Source: Yuukianura sp. NJ FZ-2021
Taxonomy: Eukaryota
Assembly: GCA_046563655.1 (NCBI GenBank)
Contig: CM102285.1
Coordinates: 14,818,001 to 14,882,000, forward strand
Direction: 5' to 3'
DNA length: 64,000 nucleotides
In this document: piece by piece, positions 48,705 through 64,000 of the stretch
How positions within the stretch are numbered: position 1 is the stretch's first letter
Layout of the letters: each line of letters starts with the position of its first letter
Notes under the pieces: generated by a model
Told to the model about the DNA's origin: nothing
Databases searched by the model: none
The model's input: only the letters and a program-made list of their open reading frames with translations
Translations under genes and position numbers: made by a program

Positions 48705-50146
48705 ATGATGCCCCAAGGGATGAGAGAGAGCCTTCGACGACACCATCACTCATCGTCGGACAATGGAAAAACAGATCTGAAACTCTACTATCATCCACAC
48801 TCCTACTATTCTCAGAAGGTATGTCAACTAAAACAGGTTGTCATGAAATGCTTGACATGCCTTTGATTTGTATTAGGTGATCATGGCCTTGCTGGAGAAA
48901 GGAATTCCGTTTACGACGTCCTATGTCAACATTCTCAACGGAAAGCAATTCACGGAGGAGTTCTTAGCGATCAATCCAAGAGGCGAAGTTCCTGTCTTGG
49001 TTGATGACAACACGCGATATATTCCAGACTCGGCCCAAATCATGGACTACTTGGAGGATAACTTCTCCAACGGTACTTGTCCACTACTTTCAACTTGATT
49101 GACCTTTGACCTTAATTTTGATTGACCTTTGACCATATTTTGTAGGGTACACTCGCCTTCGTCCAGACGAACCAGACTTGAGAGCCCGCTGTGACACGAT
49201 GTGTCATCAACTGAATGAATTGAAAGTGGAATGTCTGGCGTTTGGGTCAGCGTGTCACAGTGTCCGAGATCTGAATATCACACCACGGCCTCCTTATAGT
49301 ATTGAAAGAGAGCGGGCTAAAATTAGAGGTTAGGGACGAGAGAAAAACGTTTTTGAAAGGCCATTGACGTTTTTGAAACGTTTATTTTATTTATTTTTTA
49401 TAGAGGTTGTTGACCACCGTCGTCGAATTCTCCGAACTGAAGCCAAGAAATTCCCATTTGCTGCTGACGCTTTGAATCAGAAGTTGAAAGAAGTCGACCA
49501 CGATTTGCCCCTCATGAAGAATCGAGAGCAATACGAAAATCTGATCCTGACTTTCGAAAAAGTACTTGACGAATGTGAAGCAGAATTGGCATCTCACGGT
49601 ATCAAAATCTTCAAGTTTCAAAATTTTAACAAAATGGTTTACCTTGTTCCCATTTTTTTCATGTTTTCAGACGATCCAACTTGGTGGCTAGTCTCCCCGT
49701 CCCTGACACTCGCCGACGTTCATCTGAGTATTCTTTTGTACCGTCTCTGGCTCCTTGGATACGAAAAACGAATGTGGGAACGCACGAGACCGGCCGTCGA
49801 AAAATACTTCGCTAGAATCCGGAAAGTCGAGAGTTTCCGAAAAGCTACGTCAATGACGGAAGGATTTGCTCCTCTTCTGGAACTGCTGCGACATCCCTAT
49901 GCTTGGGCTGCCATGGGAACGGCATTGGCTGTCCTCGGAGTCATGTACTTGGCCAACAAGGGCAAGGCAGACGGCACTGGCGGTTTCTTTGGTTTCCTAG
50001 GCGACGGTCACGGAAGTTGTGCCAGTTGTCCAGTCCATGGTGCTGGGCCACTCCCACTCCAAGCTCCTCCTCCACAATTCCAGGCTCCGCCTCCTCCTCC
50101 GACATTTGGAATTCCACATCCAAATGCCCACCAAGGAACCTGTTGA
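48705..50146 (+). CDS. GDAP1: Ganglioside-induced differentiation-associated protein 1-like (GST fold, C-terminal membrane anchor)
   Basis: 'LYYHPHSYYSQKV', 'FLAINPRGEVPVLVD', 'DSAQIMDYLEDNF', 'WWLVSPSLTLADVHLSILLYRL.LLG', hydrophobic 'AWAAMGTALAVLGVMYL'. Confidence 0.85.
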
Positions 50147-50694
50147 CCACAACTCTAAATTTTCCTAAACAAGCGAAAAACTGACCACATTCTAAACTAT
50201 GGTGTGGTTATTCCAAATTTAACATGAAATTCTGATAACATAACACAAAGAGAGGTCAAAGGTCAAATCTCCTGAGAGAGGTCACGCGACTGACCTGGGT
50301 AGCATAACCAAGTATACTGCTGTGATTGACATTACTGCCTGAATGAGAGCTCAAAATTTTAAATTTCATTAGTAATAAAAAATTTCGAAAAACTAGGAGC
50401 CTCAAATTCGAAATTTTAGAAAAACCGTGAATTTTGTGAAAGAATTAAATTGTGAAAGAGTAAAATATCCTTATTTTTAGTGTCGACTGTAAATCGTAAA
50501 AAATTCTCCTTCGGAAAGTGAAAAAATAATAAAATTTTGAAATAAACTGAAAAAAATCTTTCAACTAAAAACAGAATTTATTTCATCAATTAACTCGGTA
50601 ACTAATTAACTAATTTGTTAGTACTTTGAGCTAAATGCAGCTTGAAAGAGAGATAAAGCACCACTGTTCAGAAATACCATTTTTACAATTCTAT

Positions 50695-50915
50695 TCTAGA
50701 ATTTCGAAAATCCCGATTTCTACAATCTCGAAAATCGCGATTTTCAGAATTTGGAAAATCTAGATTGTTAGAATGACAATTCAGAATTTTAGATTTTCGA
50801 AAATCGCGATTTCCAGAATCATGAAAATCGCTATTTAGAATTTCGAAAATCTAGATTGTTAGAATCAGGAAAATCTTGATTTTTAGATTTTCGAAAATCG
50901 CGATTTTTAGAATTC
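50695..50915. repeat. Minisatellite, about 23-bp unit
   Basis: Repeated AGAATTTCGAAAATCGCGATTT variants immediately 3' of the FITM stop codon. Confidence 0.8.
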
Positions 50916-50921
50916 CGACAT

Positions 50922-52142
50922 TTATTTTGCACTTTGTACAGCAGCGTTACGTGGTAAAATTTCAGCGTCTTTTTTATTTCGCAGTGCCCACAGTGGCATT
51001 CCTAAAAACGTCGGAATTTCGTCGCCTTCCTTCGTTTTAAATTTGGATCCAGGATTGGCTCGTGTCATGGCCGCTGAAGGTTGATTTCTGGACGGAGTTC
51101 CGAACTGAAAATTTGAGTACTTGAACTTGCCTTGTCCAGGGAGACAAGGACCCAAGGCACTGTTGAATTTATACATCCATCCATAAGTTAACTTCCACAT
51201 GACAAGGGCTATGAGTCCTCCAAGGATCTTCTCAATCATGATATGAAAGTAAACTGCAGTCATGAGCAACATCAAGTCCCAGATTAGCACTAAAGTCGTC
51301 AGGAAAATCAAACATGCTTTGACCCACATGGTGTGTCGAGTATAAAGTTGCTTTAAAGTAGTAAATTCTTCAGCAGTGAGACATGAAAGAGGCGTTTCTG
51401 GACAGTTTTCGGATACTTCTGAAGTACTTGAGCCCTTGGATCTTTTGTAGTCTTCTTCTCTGATGTGGTCGTTAATTGAATCCCAGCCGATGATTGGTTT
51501 AGACTCTTCAATGATAAAGAAAACACACCAGATGAGCAGAAAAGAGTGACCGGAGATGTCAAAACTGGTCCATTTCCCGCCACTTTTGACACAAGATCGT
51601 CGATCTCTTGAGAAAATCCGGTCTGAAGCAGTTCCAGGGTTCAAGTAGAGGCAGGTTCCAGTGGTGAACTCGATGGATACGAACAGAGTTGTCCAGACGT
51701 ACCAAATTACCGTGGCAACGACAAGGCGCAAGCAGTGCCGTCCAATGTGCTGTCGGTTTCCGCAGCAGTAGACAGAACTTGTAAGGAGAATGAAAATTCC
51801 GGAAGCCAGAAACGTCCAGCCCCAACTGAACTTGACAAACATTTGGTTGAAGAAGTTCTGAGTGTTGGAGAAATAGGACTTTGGCATGGGCATGTAATCA
51901 GTGACGAGTGACACCAAGAACAATACTGTCACGTAGGCCAAGACACGCAGTTTGGGGTCAACGTACAAAATCTTCTTGCAAAGATGGACAAGAGCGTTCG
52001 TCAGTACTTCCGGAACGGACACGGGACTGGGAGCCAGTTTGGTGCCTTTGGTTTGTGGTCGCCCAGTCTCCATTGGACGATACTTCATCTTAGCAGTACT
52101 TGAGATCGTTCCACTCGGTATTGAGTTTCGTTTTGTGACCAT
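50922..52142 (-). CDS. FITM: Fat storage-inducing transmembrane (FIT family) acyl-CoA diphosphatase
   Basis: Single coding exon; 'NFFNQMFVKFSWGWT', 'C...GGKWTSFDISGHSFLL', 'MTAVYFH...EKILG'; first ATG after the acceptor at about 52224 is at 52142. Confidence 0.92.
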   Translation of the reverse strand: MVTKRNSIPSGTISSTAKMKYRPMETGRPQTKGTKLAPSPVSVPEVLTNALVHLCKKILYVDPKLRVLAYVTVLFLVSLVTDYMPMPKSYFSNTQNFFNQMFVKFSWGWTFLASGIFILLTSSVYCCGNRQHIGRHCLRLVVATVIWYVWTTLFVSIEFTTGTCLYLNPGTASDRIFSRDRRSCVKSGGKWTSFDISGHSFLLIWCVFFIIEESKPIIGWDSINDHIREEDYKRSKGSSTSEVSENCPETPLSCLTAEEFTTLKQLYTRHTMWVKACLIFLTTLVLIWDLMLLMTAVYFHIMIEKILGGLIALVMWKLTYGWMYKFNSALGPCLPGQGKFKYSNFQFGTPSRNQPSAAMTRANPGSKFKTKEGDEIPTFLGMPLWALRNKKDAEILPRNAAVQSAK

Positions 52143-53944
52143 ACCGTTCTTCCTGTCTTTTACTGAGATACCGTGTCGTTTCACCGGTTCAGTGTCGGTC
52201 TCAAATAAAACCGGATACAAAGTCTGCAAAAAAGCAAAACAAATGTTAATTAACTTGAATCGTCGAGCGACGTAAGTAATTTAATTAACTTCAACTTGCT
52301 TACTTTGATTTTTAACTTTTACTTAACTTCCGGTTTCGGTTTTAATTTTAAAGTGTCTGTTCGCTTAGCTGTTGTGGTAGTTAATTAGATCGGTGAGAGA
52401 GAGTGTGATGATTGATTTGACGATACGCCGATTTATAGTATTCAATTGATTAATTTTTAATTGTCACGATTATTAAAATTTAATTTATGATTAAGATTAC
52501 AAATCACGTGTGTGGAAAATGTGATTAGACAGCTTTCACCGACAAAAAGAATGCAAAAAAGTGAAAGTGATTAAAATTTATGAATTTGCGAAATTCAAAA
52601 ATCCCGCCTTCCGAAATATTCAAATGAGACAATCAAATTTGTTTTGACGGGGTGTGGCGGGTTCAATATTTTGTTGAACCAATTAAAAATTGTATACGTT
52701 ATTGTGATAAAATTCATTATTTAAAGGTTAAATATAAATTATTTTTGTAATGTAGTGCAATACTTTACGTGATAATATTTAATAACATTTCATATAAATT
52801 ACAGAACTGCAATTCTTATTTTATGAAATAGAGAGAAGTGCCTGATGTTCTTTTTGAGTTTAGTTTTGCCATTTCCGGAAACTCCGCCTCCTGGAATTTA
52901 CTGTTTTTTTTAATGCGTGAAGCGAATGAGATCATTTTGGATTGTCAGTTTTGTTTTGAGAGTGGAAACGGAAGGATCTGTGATTTGTACTCAGTTATTT
53001 CTGTGAAAACGATGAGTAATCAATGATCAATCGGTTCATCTCATCAACGGAGCTGTAACTGGGAAGGTGTAATTGCTGAATGTAAGTCAAACGACGATTA
53101 ATCCATTGAAAGTTAGCTGGAAGGTGTTTGGCGAATGAGACACTGAAAGAGAAAGAGAGGGTTAAATCGTTATCATCGCTAACGTTTATAGGCAAAGTCT
53201 AACTTTAATTGTGTTATTTTGGAGGTGTTTATGAAGGATGGACAACTATTGACGAAAGTGGTGTAGGTCATTCATTCTCTTCAATTGCTCAAGCTGGAAG
53301 GAATTGATGGAGGGAGTGTCAATGTTGCGGTCAACGGATATTGAATCTCTTTTCTCAAGGAAACTTGTTGACTTGTGGGCAGTATTTAGAAGATAGCATT
53401 CAACTACACATTGATATTTAAGTTTTAATTTGCAGTTGAGATAAAGTTACTCTATAAAGTCAAGTCAATCTCTCCTACATCGTTGGAAATCTCTTACAAC
53501 GTTAAGTTTTTAGTGGACAGAGATAGAGAAGTCTACTGAGATGTTCATGAGTTCATGCAAAGAGTATAATTTTATTGGAGAGATTAATCCGACTCTCTGT
53601 AATTACCGCACAATTGAAGTTTATAAGAGCCTATAGTGTTCTTTTAGTAAAAGGAGGAGTTTAGTTTTAAGTCAGACGATGACATCACGTTGACCCCCAC
53701 CTAATTTACCATTTTGGTTTACTATTTATAGGATTCAGAGAAACAGAGCTACTGGAAGGCTTGAATTATCTGCATCACACGAAGATTGACGTCTCAAAAG
53801 TCAACAACATCAGTCTGTCCATAAAATTGGCTGTCTAACCTTACAACCGCTGAAACGCAGTTGTGAAAACCAAAACAGACTTGTGCCAATCCAGCACCTT
53901 CACCGTGATTCTTGAGAAGAGCAGTGGAAAATAAACATTTGGGA

Positions 53945-62234
<8,290 letters not shown>

Positions 62235-62964
62235 AATTTTGAAAATTTTGATGTCGGGTGAGATGATGGGATCGAATTAGAGGTTAAGCTGGATTCACAC
62301 TACAACTTTAGAAAGAGCAACTTTTTGTGCAACTTTTTTGTGCAACTTGCCAAGGAGTGAGAGATAGCTCTCATTCTGCTGGGATTCAAAACACGCTGGA
62401 GAAAAAATCGTAAAAAGTTATATTGGAAAAAAAAAAGAATTTATTTAATTTTTAGGATGTAAGAATATTTAAAAAGTTGATTAATCAGGCGGTGCAAAAT
62501 GTACAGCAAGGAAAATTGTTAGCTTTTTTTAGTTGCTAAGCAACAGGATCCAATGCATTTAGAGCAAGCAACTTTCTGTTTTTAAATTATTGATGAACCT
62601 TACAGGTGTAAATGTGCAGTTTAGTTTCAGTTTCTAATGTAACTCGACCATGACAAAGAAAATTTATACTCAATGAAGAGGCAGGTTTAGCACAACAAAA
62701 AGCTTCATCATCCAAAAATCAAAATACTAATTAGTTAAGCTTAAGCTTTCAATTTTTGTACAACTTTGTGAATCTTTAGTAGCACTTTGTGGGAAATTTT
62801 GAGAAAAAGTAATTCGTGGGGTTAAGGATGAGTAAGGAATTATTGTTATTTTTATGTTTAATTGTTGCTGTAATTTTATTTAATTCAGACAAAAACTAAA
62901 CTTGTTTAGCTTTATACAATTCATGTGAAGAAGCTGTTTTTTTCCGAGTGGCCTAGAATTTATG

Positions 62965-63325
62965 CTTTACTCAAAATATTTACATGTAATATTATATTAT
63001 ATTTAATCGTAGCAGGTCATTAGCGCGAAAACCATAAACGCGAATTCGCCAATTTCGCAACATTGTAACTAAATTAGACTGGGTTTAAAGGTGGAGTTTT
63101 TAAAAGGTGTGGGTTAATTTTCCAAAGGTGTGGGTTTTGTTTTTAAATGTGTGTGGTAGGTTGTTTTAAGGAGGGTGGTAGGTTTTTGATGGGTGTGGGT
63201 TTAGGTTTCATTGCTAACACAGCTCTCAGTGTTGCCAACTTGTCGAATTCGCGCGTATTGTTTTCGCGATATTGACCTGTAGCCTTGAATATAATATTAA
63301 TATTATAAAAAATATTATTATACGA
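62965..63325. repeat. Long imperfect inverted repeat (about 100-bp arms, about 160-bp spacer), probably DNA-transposon ends
   Basis: The reverse complement of about 62965-63065 (CAATGTTGCGAAATTGGCGAATTCGCG..TTTTCGCG..TGACCTG..AATATAATAT) matches 63227-63325 (CAGTGTTGCCAACTTGTCGAATTCGCG..TTTTCGCG..TGACCTG..AATATAATAT). Confidence 0.65.
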
Positions 63326-64000
63326 AACTATTATTTGGATATTATTCAATATTAATTGAATTTTGTCTAAATATCAAGGGTTTAGGACAAAAAAATGCTG
63401 TTGAAGATTGAAATTTCACAATTTGAAAATCACAAAAAGAGTGAAGACTGTAAATAGTGAAACTGTGGGTTAAAAAGCTTGAAGCAGAAACAATTGGATT
63501 GTAGGAATAAAGAATCTTTTGTTGGTTACATTTTGAGTAACGTCGGATGCTGAGTGACAGAGTGGAGGACAATGGCCAAAAACTGCTCTGTTGCGAATTT
63601 GTGAATTCAGAATTGCAATTTGTCAATTGTGTAAGACCACTTGTGTGTCAAGTGAATTAAACACTTTTCGTGTACAGCTTGGGGAGGAGAGAAGGAATTG
63701 CTCAATTTGAGAGTTGAGTAAACAGGAGCTAAAAAGTGTAATTACTAATTGGGAATTATGGGGTTGAGTTGAGCTGGTGATTGGTTGGTGGGGCCGAGGT
63801 TTTTGGAGCCACCAAAATGTTGGTGGCGTCAATGACTTACTTGTTTAATTTCTGGTGGAACTATTTTTCGCCGTTGCTTTTTAGTTTCAACAGTGTGCAA
63901 CCGAAGAGTTTAGTTTTGTCCAAATTTTCAGCGAAGAACGTTTTTGGACGACAAGATTCTGGTGGGGCTAAGGAGCCGATTATTTCGAAAGATGTCAATG

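Overview
Eukaryotic, intron-rich, AT-rich genomic DNA from an arthropod (coracle/4.1, HLH54F/MyoR and chitin-type GH20 genes; a springtail-like soil arthropod is plausible but is inference). Exons below were assembled by hand from GT-AG sites and phase checks. The main finding is an 18-exon gene at 194-14616 (+), about 3190 aa. In it, a complete but apparently catalytically dead, animal-type glycogenin (GT8) domain is spliced in frame to a bacterial-looking single-module highly reducing type I PKS (KS-AT-DH-cMT-ER-KR-ACP-terminal reductase). The genes that follow are EXOSC10/RRP6 (-), two diverged tandem MAD1-like genes plus a relic third copy, and a head-to-head GH20 hexosaminidase pair in which one copy has a degenerate active site. 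Then come an HLH54F/musculin bHLH gene, PIGK, UBA2, BLCAP, an unknown 156-aa gene, GDAP1-like, FITM and coracle/protein 4.1. Many MITEs with recognisable TIRs/TSDs, minisatellites, a tRNA-like element and a strongly over-represented AGGTCAAAGGTCA 13-mer occupy introns and intergenic DNA.
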